DNA from: Alphaproteobacteria bacterium
Lineage (GTDB): Bacteria > Pseudomonadota > Alphaproteobacteria > Bin95
Length of the DNA: 64,000 nt
Assembly: GCA_963665325.3 (NCBI GenBank)
Contig: CAXXWS020000002.1
Location: forward strand, 1,120,001-1,184,000
Direction of reading: 5' to 3'
Shown here in pieces: positions 49,722 to 62,624 of this stretch; position 1 is the stretch's first letter; each line of letters opens with the position of its first letter. The notes below the pieces were generated by a model that saw only the letters and a list, made by a program, of their open reading frames with translations, was not told the origin of the DNA and ran no database searches. A program made the position numbers and the translations under genes.

Positions 49722-50618
49722 CTACCGCCGCCCCAGCGTCTCGATCACCGCGGTGTAGTAGTTCTTTGCGAAACCGGCGTCGCGGGTGCGTTCCAAGAGG
49801 CCCCGGGTGACGTTGGCGGCACGCATCTCGACGCCGGCGCCTTCCGCGAAGTCGAGGGCGTAGGAGAGGTCCTTCAGGATGTAGTCGGTCGGGAAGGCGC
49901 CTTCCGTCGGGTGTTCGCCGGTCAGCAGGCATTTCATGCCGTGGTTGCGCAGCACGAAGCTGTCGGCGGAGCTGCGCGCCAGTGTCTCGAACAGCACCTT
50001 GCCGTCCACCACACCCGAGGCGCGCGCGGCCGAGAGCGCCTCGGACAGCGCTACAACCGTCATCGCGACGACCATGTTGTTCATAAGCTTGACCGCCTGC
50101 CCGGCGCCGCCGCCGCCGCAATGGGTGACCTCGGCCGCCATGCAGTCAAGCAGCGGTCGGACACGCTCGAACGTCTCGTCCGCGCCGCCCACCATGATGG
50201 AGAGCGTGCCGTCGATGGCGGCCTGCGCGGTTCGGGCGACGGGCGCGTCGGCGAAGGCGATGCCCCGTTCGTCGCAGGCGCTGGCGAGTTCACGGGCCAG
50301 AGCAGGCGGCGCGGTCGAGCAGTCCACCAGCGTCTGCCCCGGCCCCATCGCCGCGACCAGCCCGCCGGCGCCGTCGCCGCCCAGGCATACGCGGCGCACC
50401 TGCGGCTCGCCGGGCAGCGACAGCAGCACGGTCCCGGCGCGCCTGGCGATCTCCTCCGGCCCCGCCGCTTCCGCGCCTTCGGCCGCGAGGCGGGCCACCG
50501 GCTCCGGGCTGCGGTCGTGGCACAGCACCCGTCGGCCCGACTTGTTGAGAATGTTCCGGCACATCGGTTCGCCCATTACGCCGAGCCCGATAAATCCGAC
50601 CGTATTGCCGTCCGCCAT
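49722..50618 (-). CDS. NAD(P)-dependent beta-hydroxyacid dehydrogenase family protein
   Basis: GFIGLGVMG, DAPV, GTLSIMVGG, GAGQAVKLMNN, KDL. Confidence 0.88.
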   Translation of the reverse strand: MADGNTVGFIGLGVMGEPMCRNILNKSGRRVLCHDRSPEPVARLAAEGAEAAGPEEIARRAGTVLLSLPGEPQVRRVCLGGDGAGGLVAAMGPGQTLVDCSTAPPALARELASACDERGIAFADAPVARTAQAAIDGTLSIMVGGADETFERVRPLLDCMAAEVTHCGGGGAGQAVKLMNNMVVAMTVVALSEALSAARASGVVDGKVLFETLARSSADSFVLRNHGMKCLLTGEHPTEGAFPTDYILKDLSYALDFAEGAGVEMRAANVTRGLLERTRDAGFAKNYYTAVIETLGRR

Positions 50619-50784
50619 TGCCTGTATCCCACATCTTCGAAGCAACTTTCGCCGCCGAAAGCCTAGCATTCTGCGGGCTTCCTTGCGGCAGTGTTTTCTG
50701 CAGCGGCGAGGCGCGGGCTTTCTTGCGGGCGGGGTATGTGCAAGACTGATACGGCCGGTGTTAACCGAAACGGGAGTACCTCAG

Positions 50785-51861
50785 ATGTTGCAGGGGATGA
50801 AGACTGTTGCCGCGGCAGCCGTCGTAGGCGCGATTGCGCTTGGAACGGGCGTTGCCGGGGCAGCCGATTACGGCAAGAAGGAGTTCACGGTAGTCGGGAC
50901 CTGGGGCTTCCTCGACCACTGGAAAGAGCGCGAGTCCACGTTCTGGCAGAAAGTCATTCCGGAGGCATCCGGTGGCGCTCTGACCGCCAATGCGAAGCCG
51001 CTGACGGAGCTCGGTCTCTCCGGCTTCGAGGTCATGCGACTCATGAAGCTCGGCACCTATGACGCGGTCCACGGCGTGACGACCTATGTCTCGCAGGACA
51101 GCCCCGCCATCGAGGGCGCCGACCTCGCAGGCACGATCCAGGACATCAACGAATACCGCAAGGCGGTCGAGGCCTACGCACCCGTGATCGAGCGGGAATT
51201 CGCCGAGAAATACGACGCCAAGCTCCTGATGCTGTATGCGTGGCCGAGCCAGCAGCTCTGGTGCAATCTGGGTGACAAGAGCATCACCGAGTTCTCGCTC
51301 GACGATCTCGAGGGCAAGAAGATCCGCACCTATTCGACCACGCTCGGCGACTTTATCGAGGGTGTGGGCGGAAGCGCGGTGACCATCGCGTTTGCCGAGG
51401 TGGTGCCGGCCTTGCAGAAGGGCGTTGCCGACTGCGGCCTGACCGGCACGCTGCCGGCCTACAACGCCAAGTGGTGGCAGGTGGTGACTCACAATATCCG
51501 CATCCGGCTGGGCTATGCTTCCTCATTCCTCGCCATGAACATGGAAACCTGGAACGGCCTGACCCCCGATGCGCAGAACCTCATCACGGAGAAGCTGAAG
51601 GTTCTGGAAGAGGAGATGTGGGCAGCGACGAAGGTCAACGACCAGCGCGGCATGGACTGCAACGCTTCCGGCCCGTGCGACCTGGGCGAGCCGGGCGGCA
51701 TGACGCCGATCGAGGTTTCGGACGCCGATCTGGATAAGCTGAAGCAGATCGTGACCGACTTCGTCGTCAAGCGCTGGGCGGAGCGCTGCGGCACGCAGGA
51801 ATGCATCGATGAGTGGAACGCGACCGTCGGCAAGATCGCAGGCATCGAAGCGAGCCTGTAA
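50785..51861 (+). CDS. TRAP transporter substrate-binding protein (DctP-like)
   Basis: Signal peptide, DDLEGKKIR, AEVVPALQKGVAD. Confidence 0.9.
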   Translation: MLQGMKTVAAAAVVGAIALGTGVAGAADYGKKEFTVVGTWGFLDHWKERESTFWQKVIPEASGGALTANAKPLTELGLSGFEVMRLMKLGTYDAVHGVTTYVSQDSPAIEGADLAGTIQDINEYRKAVEAYAPVIEREFAEKYDAKLLMLYAWPSQQLWCNLGDKSITEFSLDDLEGKKIRTYSTTLGDFIEGVGGSAVTIAFAEVVPALQKGVADCGLTGTLPAYNAKWWQVVTHNIRIRLGYASSFLAMNMETWNGLTPDAQNLITEKLKVLEEEMWAATKVNDQRGMDCNASGPCDLGEPGGMTPIEVSDADLDKLKQIVTDFVVKRWAERCGTQECIDEWNATVGKIAGIEASL

Positions 51862-51893
51862 TCCGGCCGGGGCGCGGCCCCTCGCACAGTGAC

Positions 51894-51924
51894 CGGGGCG
51901 CCGCCGCGGCGGCGCCCCGTTTTT
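51894..51924 (+). terminator. Rho-independent terminator/stabilising hairpin between dctP and dctQ
   Basis: Perfect 26-bp palindrome CGGGGCGCCGCCGCGGCGGCGCCCCG followed by TTTTT. Confidence 0.75.
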
Positions 51925-51986
51925 CCGGCTGACACACCTGCGCGACCGACAGGCCGTTCGCCGGGAGGCCGCGGAACGGAGGCGGC

Positions 51987-52583
51987 ATGTTGCAAAGCAT
52001 ACATCATGCGCTCGGCTGGATTTCCCGCCGGGCGGTCTGGGTCGGCGGTGCCGCCCTGCTGGCCGCGGCAATCATGGTTACGCTCGATGTGCTCAGCCGC
52101 AAGTTCTTCAATGTGACGATGAGCGGTGCGGACGAAGTCTCCGGCTATGTCTTCGCCGCCAGCACGACCTGGGCCTACAGCTATTGCCTGCTGCACCGGG
52201 CGAATATCCGCATCGATGCCCTCTACAACTTCCTGCCGCGCTGGGTCTGCGCAGTTCTGGACACCGTCGCGGTGGTCCTGCTGCTGATCTATAACGGCGT
52301 GCTCGCGCATCGGGCCTGGGGTGCGTTCTCGGTGTCCTGGGAAAGGGACTCGGTTTCGATCACCACCCTCGCCACGCCCCAATGGATCCCGCAGCTGTTC
52401 TGGGCTTCGGGACTGATATTCTTCGAATTGGTCCTGGTGTTCGTCTTTTTCTATTCGCTGTTCGGCCTGCTGCGTGGAGATCTCGACCTCGTCAAACGCG
52501 TCGCCGGCGTGCCGAGCGTGGCCGAGGAGATCGAGGCCGAGACTCACGGCATGAACCTGCAGACCGGCAAGCAGGAGGGTTGA
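51987..52583 (+). CDS. TRAP transporter small permease (DctQ-like)
   Basis: 4 TM segments, DVLSRK, GADEVSGY, NIRID. Confidence 0.88.
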   Translation: MLQSIHHALGWISRRAVWVGGAALLAAAIMVTLDVLSRKFFNVTMSGADEVSGYVFAASTTWAYSYCLLHRANIRIDALYNFLPRWVCAVLDTVAVVLLLIYNGVLAHRAWGAFSVSWERDSVSITTLATPQWIPQLFWASGLIFFELVLVFVFFYSLFGLLRGDLDLVKRVAGVPSVAEEIEAETHGMNLQTGKQEG

Positions 52584-52587
52584 CGCC

Positions 52588-53877
52588 ATGGTCGTGGGGA
52601 TCCTCGTCGCCCTGATGCTGCTGGTGGTTGCCGCCGTTCCTGTGGCGGCCATTCTCGGTATTCTCTCCTTCGGCCTCGACTCGATGTATTTCGGTGGCCG
52701 GCTCACGCCCGCCATCGGCGAGTTCGTCTGGGACAAGAGCAAGGAGTTCATCCTGGTTGCGGTGCCGATGTTCATCCTGCTCGGCGAGATCATGCTGAGG
52801 GCGGGCATCGCGGCACGCATGTACAACGCCGTCGCGCAATGGCTGGTCTGGCTGCCGGGCGGACTGATGCACGCCAATATCGGTTCCTGCGCCATCTTCG
52901 CCGCGTCTTCGGGCTCGTCCGTCGCGACCGCCGCGACCGTCGGCACCGTCGCCTATCCGCAAATCGAGCGCCGCGCATACAACGAGCGCCTGTTCCTGGG
53001 GTCGCTGGCGGCAGGCGGCACGCTGGGAATCCTGATTCCACCCTCGATCAACCTCATCCTCTACGGTCTGCTGACCGACAGTTCGGTGCCGGAGCTCTAC
53101 CTCGCGGGCATCATTCCGGGAGCCATCCTCTCGGCGCTGTTCATGACGGCCATCGTCGTTGCCTGCCTCTGGCGGCGCGAATGGGGCGGCGCGCGCATCG
53201 AGACCAGTTGGCGCGACCGGATCCGCACACTGCCGGACCTCGTGCCGCCGATCATGCTGTTCGTGGTGGTGGTCGGCTCGATCTATGCCGGCGTGGCGAC
53301 GCCGACCGAGGCGGCGTCGGTCGGTGTGTGCTTCGCGCTGATGCTCTCCGCATGGACCCGCACACTCACGTTCACCATGCTGCGCGAGGCCTTCGAGGGC
53401 ACAATGCGCACCACGGCGATGATCATGCTCATCATCCTGGCGGCGGTGTTCCTGAACTTCGTGTTGGGTTTCATCGGCGTGACCCAGGCGATGATCGCCT
53501 TCATGGCCGAACTCGGCCTGACGCCGATTGAGTTCATGATCCTGCTGGTCATCTTCTACCTGATCCTCGGCATGTTCATGGAAACGCTTTCCATGATGCT
53601 GACCACCGTGCCGGTGATCTTTCCCATCGTCGTGCAGATGGGGTTCGATCCGGTCTGGTTCGGCGTCATGATTACGGTGCTGATGGAGACCGCGCTCATC
53701 ACGCCGCCTATCGGCGTCAACCTCTATGTCGTGCATGGCATCCGCGCGCGCGGCGGCAAGTTCAACGATGTGGCATACGGGTCCATCCCCTTCGTAGGGT
53801 CCATGCTGGTCATGGTGGCGCTGCTGATCGTCTATGAGGATCTGGCGCTCTACCTTCCGACCCTGGTCTATCGCTGA
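52588..53877 (+). CDS. TRAP transporter large permease (DctM-like)
   Basis: AVPMFIL.GE, SGSSVATAA, GGTLGILIPPS, TPTEAA, ITPPIGVNLYV. Confidence 0.93.
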   Translation: MVVGILVALMLLVVAAVPVAAILGILSFGLDSMYFGGRLTPAIGEFVWDKSKEFILVAVPMFILLGEIMLRAGIAARMYNAVAQWLVWLPGGLMHANIGSCAIFAASSGSSVATAATVGTVAYPQIERRAYNERLFLGSLAAGGTLGILIPPSINLILYGLLTDSSVPELYLAGIIPGAILSALFMTAIVVACLWRREWGGARIETSWRDRIRTLPDLVPPIMLFVVVVGSIYAGVATPTEAASVGVCFALMLSAWTRTLTFTMLREAFEGTMRTTAMIMLIILAAVFLNFVLGFIGVTQAMIAFMAELGLTPIEFMILLVIFYLILGMFMETLSMMLTTVPVIFPIVVQMGFDPVWFGVMITVLMETALITPPIGVNLYVVHGIRARGGKFNDVAYGSIPFVGSMLVMVALLIVYEDLALYLPTLVYR

Positions 53878-53905
53878 TCCCTGCTGCCGGCTGCGGGTCA
53901 GTCCC

Positions 53906-55219
53906 GTGTTCGGCATTCGTCCGGTCCTGTCGCGCCGTATCTGGCGCATGGCGGGGCCCATTGTCGTGTCCAATGTTTCGGTGCCGCTGATCGGCGTGGT
54001 CGATACCGCGGTGATGGGCCATCTCGACGCGGCCTATTACATCGGCGCGGTCGCCATCGGCGCCATGATCTTCAACTTCCTGTTCCACCTGCTCAACTGC
54101 CTCAGGATGGGCACGACAGGGCCGACCGCCCGGGCTCGCGGGCGCGAGGACTGGGGCGAGGTGCGTGCGATGCTCTGGCGCGCTCTGACGCTCGCGGGAG
54201 CGGCGGCGGCACTGATCGTGCTGCTCCAGGGGCCGATTGCGGCGCTTGCCTTCTCGCTTGTCGAAGCGAGCGCGGAGGTCGAGGCCCATGCGCGAACTTA
54301 TTTCTTCATCCGCGTTTGGACCGCGCCGGCCAATCTCGCGATCTTCGCGATCATCGGCTGGTGCTACGGGCTGGAGGACTCGCGCACGCCGCTCGTGCTC
54401 CAGGTTGTCGTCAACCTGACCAACATGGCCCTCGATATCCTGTTCGTCATGGGCTTCGGCTGGGGGGTCGAGGGCGTGGCGATCGCCACGCTGATCGGGG
54501 AGTATCTGGGGCTCGCAGTCGCCGTGCTTGCGGTGCGCCGCCGGTTGAAGCGCCTGCCTCCGGGGCGCGGGCCGGTGTTCGACCGGGTGCGGCTGCTGCG
54601 CCTGGTCGCGATCAACCGGGACATCACGATCCGGTCGCTCTGCGTCGTCTCCGCCAATGCCATCTTCCTCGCCGAGAGCGCGGCTGCGGGCGACACGACG
54701 CTGGCCGCCAACCAGATCCTGGTGCATTTCGTCATCTTCGCCTCCTTCGGCCTGGACGGTGTGGCGCATGCGGGCGAGGCGCTGGTCGGCGACGCGGTCG
54801 GGCGGCGCAACCGTGCCGGACTTCGCGAGGTGATTCGCGCCGTGCTGGTCTGGTCCGCCGGCCTGGCAGCCCTGATGACCGCCGTCTATCTCGCCGCCAG
54901 CGGCCTCATCGTTGCAGCCATGACCTCGCTGCCCGATGTCCGGGCGGCCGCCGGAGGCTGGGCCTTGTGGGCTGCGCTTGCGCCGCTGGTCGCGGTCTGG
55001 GCCTATGCTTATGACGGCATCTTTCTTGGTTTCTCGGCAACCCGGTGGATGCTCGTCACCATGGCCATCGCCTTTGCGGGCTATGTCGCGGGGCTTCTGC
55101 TGCTGCCGGGCCCGCTCGGCAATCACGGGCTCTGGATCGCGCTCTGGCTGTTCTATGGGCTGCGCGGGATGGGTCTGGCGCTCGCCTATCCGAGGCTCAA
55201 GCGAACCTTCGCACTGTAA
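53906..55219 (+). CDS. MATE family efflux transporter (DinF-like)
   Basis: SNVSVPLIGVVDTAVMGH, LRMGTTG, LAANQIL, DGVAHAGE; start uncertain. Confidence 0.88.
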   Translation: MFGIRPVLSRRIWRMAGPIVVSNVSVPLIGVVDTAVMGHLDAAYYIGAVAIGAMIFNFLFHLLNCLRMGTTGPTARARGREDWGEVRAMLWRALTLAGAAAALIVLLQGPIAALAFSLVEASAEVEAHARTYFFIRVWTAPANLAIFAIIGWCYGLEDSRTPLVLQVVVNLTNMALDILFVMGFGWGVEGVAIATLIGEYLGLAVAVLAVRRRLKRLPPGRGPVFDRVRLLRLVAINRDITIRSLCVVSANAIFLAESAAAGDTTLAANQILVHFVIFASFGLDGVAHAGEALVGDAVGRRNRAGLREVIRAVLVWSAGLAALMTAVYLAASGLIVAAMTSLPDVRAAAGGWALWAALAPLVAVWAYAYDGIFLGFSATRWMLVTMAIAFAGYVAGLLLLPGPLGNHGLWIALWLFYGLRGMGLALAYPRLKRTFAL

Positions 55220-55982
55220 GCTGGTGGTTGAGCGGCCCGTGCCCCCGCCCGAGGCCGGGCGCGGAACGGATCGCTTCATGGACGAAGTTTCCCGCCCGTC
55301 TGACGGCCGACACGAGATCGAGACCCTGTGCGAGGCCGGTCGCTGCGGCCGATGCCAGCGTGCAGCCGGTGCCGTGCGTGTGCCTTGTGTCGAGCCGTTC
55401 ATGCTCGAACGCCGTCTCGCCGGAAGGCGTCAGCAGCCGGTCGCGCACGGCGGCGCCCTCGCCGTGTCCGTCCTTCAACAGCACCGCCCCCACCCCGAGC
55501 GCGGCCCAGGTCGGCCAGTCCGGCGGGCGGCCGTCCAGCAGCGCTTCCGCTTCCGGCAGGTTCGGCGTCAGCAGCGTTGCAAGCGGCAGCATGCGCCGGC
55601 GCAGCGCCTCGACCGCGTCTTCCCTGAGCAGGGCATGCCCGCCCTTCGCCACCATGACCGGATCGACCACGACCGGCACGCCCGGGGCCTCCCGCGCTAG
55701 CGTCTCGGCCACCGCCTCGATGACCTCTGCGTCGTGCAACATGCCGGTCTTTACGGCATCCGCGCCGATGTCGCGCAGCACGACCCGCATCTGGTCGGCG
55801 ATGAAGCCGGGCGGCACCGGATGGACGCCATGGACGCCTTCCGTGTTCTGCGCCGTGAGCGCGGTCACCGCCGTCATGGCGAAACCGCCCAGCGCCGTGC
55901 AGGTCTTGATGTCGGCCTGGATTCCTGCCCCACCGCCGGAATCGGAGCCCGCGACGATCAGCAGGCGGCCCTGCGCTTCCAT
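55197..55982 (-). CDS. thiD: Hydroxymethylpyrimidine/phosphomethylpyrimidine kinase
   Basis: AGSDSGGGAGIQADIKT, VKTGML, DPVMVAKGG, HTHGTGCTLAS. Confidence 0.96.
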   Translation of the reverse strand: MEAQGRLLIVAGSDSGGGAGIQADIKTCTALGGFAMTAVTALTAQNTEGVHGVHPVPPGFIADQMRVVLRDIGADAVKTGMLHDAEVIEAVAETLAREAPGVPVVVDPVMVAKGGHALLREDAVEALRRRMLPLATLLTPNLPEAEALLDGRPPDWPTWAALGVGAVLLKDGHGEGAAVRDRLLTPSGETAFEHERLDTRHTHGTGCTLASAAATGLAQGLDLVSAVRRAGNFVHEAIRSAPGLGRGHGPLNHQLTVRRFA

Positions 55983-56144
55983 AACCGGCCCCCTTCCTTC
56001 GATCCGCCAGTTTATAGCCCTCCATCGCCGCCCGGTCGCCCCCGCGCGGCGCGCCGGTTTCGGGGCGGAGGCGCAAGATTCGGAATGCGCGGACCCCTCG
56101 CGCGCCTATCCTGCAGCGCTTCACCGCATTCGGGGTAAGCACTC

Positions 56145-57071
56145 ATGTCCATGCCCGCGCCGCGCCTCGACGGCACAGCCTGGGGGCTGTTGTTTGCCTT
56201 GTCGCTCGTTTGGGGTGGCTCGTTCTTCTTTGCCGAGATTGCGCTGGCCGCGCTGCCGCCGTTCACTATCGTGCTCGCCCGGCTTGCCATCGGCGCGGCC
56301 GGCCTTTGGCTGCTGCTTGCAATCGCCGGCGAGCGTCTGCCTGCCGGGCCGAAGCAGTGGCGCGACCTTGCGATCATGGGCCTGCTCAACAATGCCGCGC
56401 CCTTCACGCTCATCGTCTGGGGCCAGCAATGGATTACCGGCGGTCTTGCGAGCGTGCTGAACGCCACGACACCGGTTTTCGGCGTCGTCGCCGCCCACTT
56501 TCTGACTGCGGACGAAAAGCTGACCGCCAACCGGCTGGCGGGCGTCGCAATCGGCGTTGCGGGCGTCGCCGTGCTGGTGGGGCCGACCGCGTCGGCGGGG
56601 CCGCTTGGCTCGAGCGGTTATCTGCTTGGCTGCGCGGCGGTGCTGGGCGCAGCCGTCTCCTATGCGGCGGCCGGGCTCTGGGGCCGGCGCCTGCGGCATC
56701 TGCCGCCGGTCGCCGCCGCGGCCGGGCAGGTCGGCTGCTCCACAGTCCTCGTGCTGCCGCTGGCGCTGGTGCTCGAGCGGCCCTGGCGCCTTGCCGCGCC
56801 GCCGCCCGAGGTCTGGGGGGCGCTGGCCGGCATCGGCCTGCTCAGCACCAGCGTCGCCTATGTGCTGTTCTTCGCGATCGTGCGCCGGGCGGGTGGGGCG
56901 AACGTCATGCTGGTAACCCTGATGATTCCGCCGAGTGCCGTGCTTCTGGGCGTGCTGTTCCTCGGAGAAGCGGTCGGGGCCGGCCAGCTTCTCGGCATGG
57001 CGCTCGTCGCAGCAGCGCTGCTGGCCATAGATGGCCGCTTCCTCCGGGCCTTCCGCCGGAGTCGAGGCTAG
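56145..57071 (+). CDS. DMT/EamA family transporter
   Basis: LVWGGSF, SVLNATTP, about 10 TM segments, LFLGE. Confidence 0.9.
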   Translation: MSMPAPRLDGTAWGLLFALSLVWGGSFFFAEIALAALPPFTIVLARLAIGAAGLWLLLAIAGERLPAGPKQWRDLAIMGLLNNAAPFTLIVWGQQWITGGLASVLNATTPVFGVVAAHFLTADEKLTANRLAGVAIGVAGVAVLVGPTASAGPLGSSGYLLGCAAVLGAAVSYAAAGLWGRRLRHLPPVAAAAGQVGCSTVLVLPLALVLERPWRLAAPPPEVWGALAGIGLLSTSVAYVLFFAIVRRAGGANVMLVTLMIPPSAVLLGVLFLGEAVGAGQLLGMALVAAALLAIDGRFLRAFRRSRG

Positions 57072-57108
57072 CCCGCAACGACCGGGAGGCGGCCCTGCGC
57101 ACCCGTGC

Positions 57109-58458
57109 TCAGACCGCAGCCCGGATATCTGCAGCCAGCCCGTCCACGACCTCGCCGACCAGGCCCTCGTCCTCGGCCTCGGCCATGATCCGGATCAGCG
57201 GTTCGGTGCCGGACTTGCGGACCAGCAGCCGGCCGACACCGCGCAACCTCTCTTCGGCATCTTTCACCGCTTTCCGCACGGCAGGCGCCGCAAGCGGGTC
57301 CCGCACGCCGTAGCGCACGCTCTCCAGGCGTTGCGGCAGCGGCTCGAAGAGGGACAGCAGTTCCGAGGCCGGTTTGCCGCTCGCCACCAGTTCCGCCAGC
57401 ACCTGCAGCGCCGCCAGCAGGCCGTCGCCGGTTGCGGAGAAGTCGCGCAGGACGATATGCCCGGACTGTTCGCCGCCCAGATTGAGGTCGTGCTTGCGCA
57501 TGTGCTCGACCACATAGCGGTCGCCGACCCGGGTGCGGGCAAGCCCGACACCGATGCCGTCCAGGTAGCGTTCGAGCCCGAGATTCGACATGACCGTCGC
57601 CGCGACGGCATTGCCGCGCAGGCTGCCGCGGCGCTGCCAGACAGCGGCGACGAGGGCCATGACCTGGTCGCCGTCTATCGGCCTGCCGGCGTCGTCCGCA
57701 AGTACGAGCCGGTCCGCGTCGCCATCGAGCGAAAGGCCGATATCGGCTCCGTGTTCCCGCACCGCCCGGCAGATCCTTTCCGGGTGCGCGGCTCCACAGG
57801 CATCGTTGATGTTCGTGCCGTCCGGCGACACGGCGACCGGAATGACCTCGGCTCCGAGTTCCCAAAGCACGTCCGGAGCCACCCGGTAAGCGGCTCCGTT
57901 GGCGCAATCGACAGCGATCCTGAGACCGTCGAGGCGCATTCCGCGCGGGAAGCTGCCTTTCACGACCTCGATGTAGCGCCCCTGCGCATCGTCCATACGC
58001 CGGGCCCGGCCGAGCGCTTCCGGCGAAGCCCGGTGGGAGTCCGCATCGGCCATGGCAGCCTCGATAGCCTTTTCCTCCGCGTCCGAGAGTTTGTAGCCGT
58101 CGGGGCCGAAAATCTTGATGCCGTTGTCGTAGTAGGGGTTGTGCGAGGCGGAGAGCATGATGCCAAGGTCCGCCCGGAGGGACCGTGTCAGCCCCGAGAC
58201 CGCCGGCGTCGGCATCGGCCCCACCATGACCACATCCCAGCCGAGCGCGACGAACCCGCAGACCAGGGCCGGCTCCAGCAAATAGCCGGAAAGGCGCGTG
58301 TCCTTGGCGATGACCGCCGTGCGGTGCCCGCCGCCGCCGAAACAGGCTGCCGCGGCCATCGCCACGCGCATCGCCGTTTCCGGCGTCATCGGCTCGACAT
58401 TCGCCCGCCCGCGAATGCCGTCGGTGCCGAACAGACTGCGCGTTTCGCTTCCATCCAT
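57109..58458 (-). CDS. glmM: Phosphoglucosamine mutase
   Basis: [50 protein letters not shown]. Confidence 0.96.
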   Translation of the reverse strand: MDGSETRSLFGTDGIRGRANVEPMTPETAMRVAMAAAACFGGGGHRTAVIAKDTRLSGYLLEPALVCGFVALGWDVVMVGPMPTPAVSGLTRSLRADLGIMLSASHNPYYDNGIKIFGPDGYKLSDAEEKAIEAAMADADSHRASPEALGRARRMDDAQGRYIEVVKGSFPRGMRLDGLRIAVDCANGAAYRVAPDVLWELGAEVIPVAVSPDGTNINDACGAAHPERICRAVREHGADIGLSLDGDADRLVLADDAGRPIDGDQVMALVAAVWQRRGSLRGNAVAATVMSNLGLERYLDGIGVGLARTRVGDRYVVEHMRKHDLNLGGEQSGHIVLRDFSATGDGLLAALQVLAELVASGKPASELLSLFEPLPQRLESVRYGVRDPLAAPAVRKAVKDAEERLRGVGRLLVRKSGTEPLIRIMAEAEDEGLVGEVVDGLAADIRAAV

Positions 58459-58462
58459 GGTT

Positions 58463-59296
58463 TCAAACATGCCGAAGCGCCTGCCACACCGCAAGCGCGC
58501 GCCGGGTTTCCTCGACATCGTGAACCCGCAACAGGCGAACCCCCCGGTCAAGGGCGAACAGGCCCGCGGCCAGAGATTCCGGGAAGCGGCGTTTCGGGTC
58601 GCTCTCGCCCGAAAGACGCCCGAGCGACGCCTTGCGGGAGACGCCGATTGCAACTGTACATCCGAGCGCGCGGAACCGCTCCAGTCCCTGCAGCAAGGCC
58701 AGATTGTGCTCCATGGTCTTGCCGAAGCCGTAGCCCGGATCGACAGCGAGGCGCTCCGGGCCGATGCCCGCCTTCCGGCACGCCGCGACGCGCGAGGCGA
58801 GGAAGGCGAAGACATCCTCCACAACGTCGTCGTAACGGGGCGCGTCCTGCATCGTCTCCGGACTGCCCTGCATGTGGACCAGCACGGCGCTCGCACCGGA
58901 CCCGGCGACGAGGCCGAGCGAGGCCGGGTCCGCAGTAAGGGCCGAGACATCGTTTGCGATGGAGGCTCCGGCGGTGAGCGCGGCACGAAGCACGCCCGGG
59001 TGGCGGGTATCGACCGACACCGGAACGCCGTCCGCCGCAAGCGCCGCCACGACCGGCAGGATGCGCCGGCATTCCTCCGCCTCGCCAACCTCGACGGCGC
59101 CGGGCCGGGTCGATTCCCCGCCGACATCGACGATATCCGCGCCCGCGGCCGAAAGCGCCCTGCCGCGCCCGATTGCAGCCCTCGGTTCGAACCAGTCGCC
59201 GCCGTCGGAAAAGCTGTCCGGGGTCACGTTGACGACGCCCATAAGGAGGGGCCGCCGGGTGGAAAGGCCGGCGAAGCGGGAAGGCTGCCCAGGCAA
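58463..59296 (-). CDS. folP: Dihydropteroate synthase
   Basis: [43 protein letters not shown]. Confidence 0.95.
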   Translation of the reverse strand: MPGQPSRFAGLSTRRPLLMGVVNVTPDSFSDGGDWFEPRAAIGRGRALSAAGADIVDVGGESTRPGAVEVGEAEECRRILPVVAALAADGVPVSVDTRHPGVLRAALTAGASIANDVSALTADPASLGLVAGSGASAVLVHMQGSPETMQDAPRYDDVVEDVFAFLASRVAACRKAGIGPERLAVDPGYGFGKTMEHNLALLQGLERFRALGCTVAIGVSRKASLGRLSGESDPKRRFPESLAAGLFALDRGVRLLRVHDVEETRRALAVWQALRHV

Positions 59297-59323
59297 GACC
59301 GGGACCGGCGCCCGGAGGAGCGC

Positions 59324-61252
<1,929 letters not shown>

Positions 61253-61307
61253 CGTCTTCAGAGAACGCCTCCGGCCGGCGTGAAACGGTGAGGGGAGTAT
61301 CCCGATT

Positions 61308-62624
61308 CTAGTTAAGTCGCGCGCCGCTGGAAACAAGAGCGAATCCCGGGCCCGCCAGCGCTGAGCGCGGCCGGAATGTCGCACAGGGGTATGCCGTGTC
61401 GTCAAGCCCGTATGTGGTGTCACCCGATTCTACACGCCGGCCGTCCTCGAAGAAGAAAGCGGGCAATGCCCGGTCGAGTGCGGCCGGCCAGGGCCGGGAC
61501 CGCGCCGGTGCGGCATGTGTTCGCTGTGCCACGACAACCGGCGCGGGACCCGGATTGACGACGCGGAACCGTCCGTCCCAGAGACCTTGCGCGCCGGAGC
61601 GAAGCTTCAGCACTTCCCGAATCCGACCGGCCTCCCGGCCGCACCACCAGCCGGAGCGGGCTGGAATCAGGGCGCAGCCGCCCAGCGTGGTTGCCGGTGC
61701 CGTCCCCGTAAGTCGTGCCGCGAGTCCGGCCAGTCGTGCGCTGCGGGGCGGATGAACTCGCCCGCCGACAGTCGCGAGCAGGCGCCCGAGCGCCGCTTCG
61801 CCGACCGGCGAGGAGAGCATTCGGACGATATCGACGCGCGCGATTCCGCTTTCGTGGAATTCGACCGTCTGCACCAGCAGGTCGGCCATCTGCTCGTCCT
61901 GCAAGCGACGCGTCGACGCCCGTTCAGCGGCCTCGCGGCCCATGTCGCTCAACTGCAAGGCCGTCATCCCGGCGCGCAGCCGGCCTCGCGCCGAAGAGGG
62001 CTCCAGGTTCGTCGGGTCGTCTGTCCACTCGACGCCGAGGCGGGCCAGATAGGCCTCGAGGTCGCCGCGGGGCCGCGCCAGCAACGGGCGCAGCACGCGC
62101 ATATCGGGAAGCTCATTGAGGGGCGCCATGGCGGCGAGGCCTCGCTCGCCGCTATTGCGTTCGGCCCGCATCGCTGCCGTTTCGCCCTGGTCTTCCAGAT
62201 GGTGGCCGATCAGAAGATGAAGGGCCCCGGCATCCCGGCAGGCCCCGGCGAGCAGCCGGTACCGGGCCTCGCGCGCCGCGGCTTGTCTGTTTCCGGCTGC
62301 AAGCGGCCCGGTGCGGACGACGGTCCGGTGCGGGATGCCGAACCGGGAAAGCCGGGCGCCGGCTTCTGCCGCTTCATCGCCCGATTCGGGCCGAAGGCGG
62401 TGATCGACGGTGACCGCAAGGAGGTCTCCACCGCGCGAATCGGTCCAGGCTTTGGCCATCAGCGCGAGCGCCATGCTGTCGCGGCCGCCGGAGACGGCGG
62501 CGATCAGGCGCGGCTTGCGCTCGAATGGACCGAGTCGCTCCATGGCAATGTCGAACGCCGGGTCTGGCGGGGGGATCGTCGCGGCAGCCCAGCGGTCGGG
62601 GGTTGGCGGCGCGGGAGTCAGCAA
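61308..62624 (-). CDS. tilS: tRNA(Ile)-lysidine synthetase
   Basis: [45 protein letters not shown]; start uncertain. Confidence 0.92.
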   Translation of the reverse strand: MLTPAPPTPDRWAAATIPPPDPAFDIAMERLGPFERKPRLIAAVSGGRDSMALALMAKAWTDSRGGDLLAVTVDHRLRPESGDEAAEAGARLSRFGIPHRTVVRTGPLAAGNRQAAAREARYRLLAGACRDAGALHLLIGHHLEDQGETAAMRAERNSGERGLAAMAPLNELPDMRVLRPLLARPRGDLEAYLARLGVEWTDDPTNLEPSSARGRLRAGMTALQLSDMGREAAERASTRRLQDEQMADLLVQTVEFHESGIARVDIVRMLSSPVGEAALGRLLATVGGRVHPPRSARLAGLAARLTGTAPATTLGGCALIPARSGWWCGREAGRIREVLKLRSGAQGLWDGRFRVVNPGPAPVVVAQRTHAAPARSRPWPAALDRALPAFFFEDGRRVESGDTTYGLDDTAYPCATFRPRSALAGPGFALVSSGARLN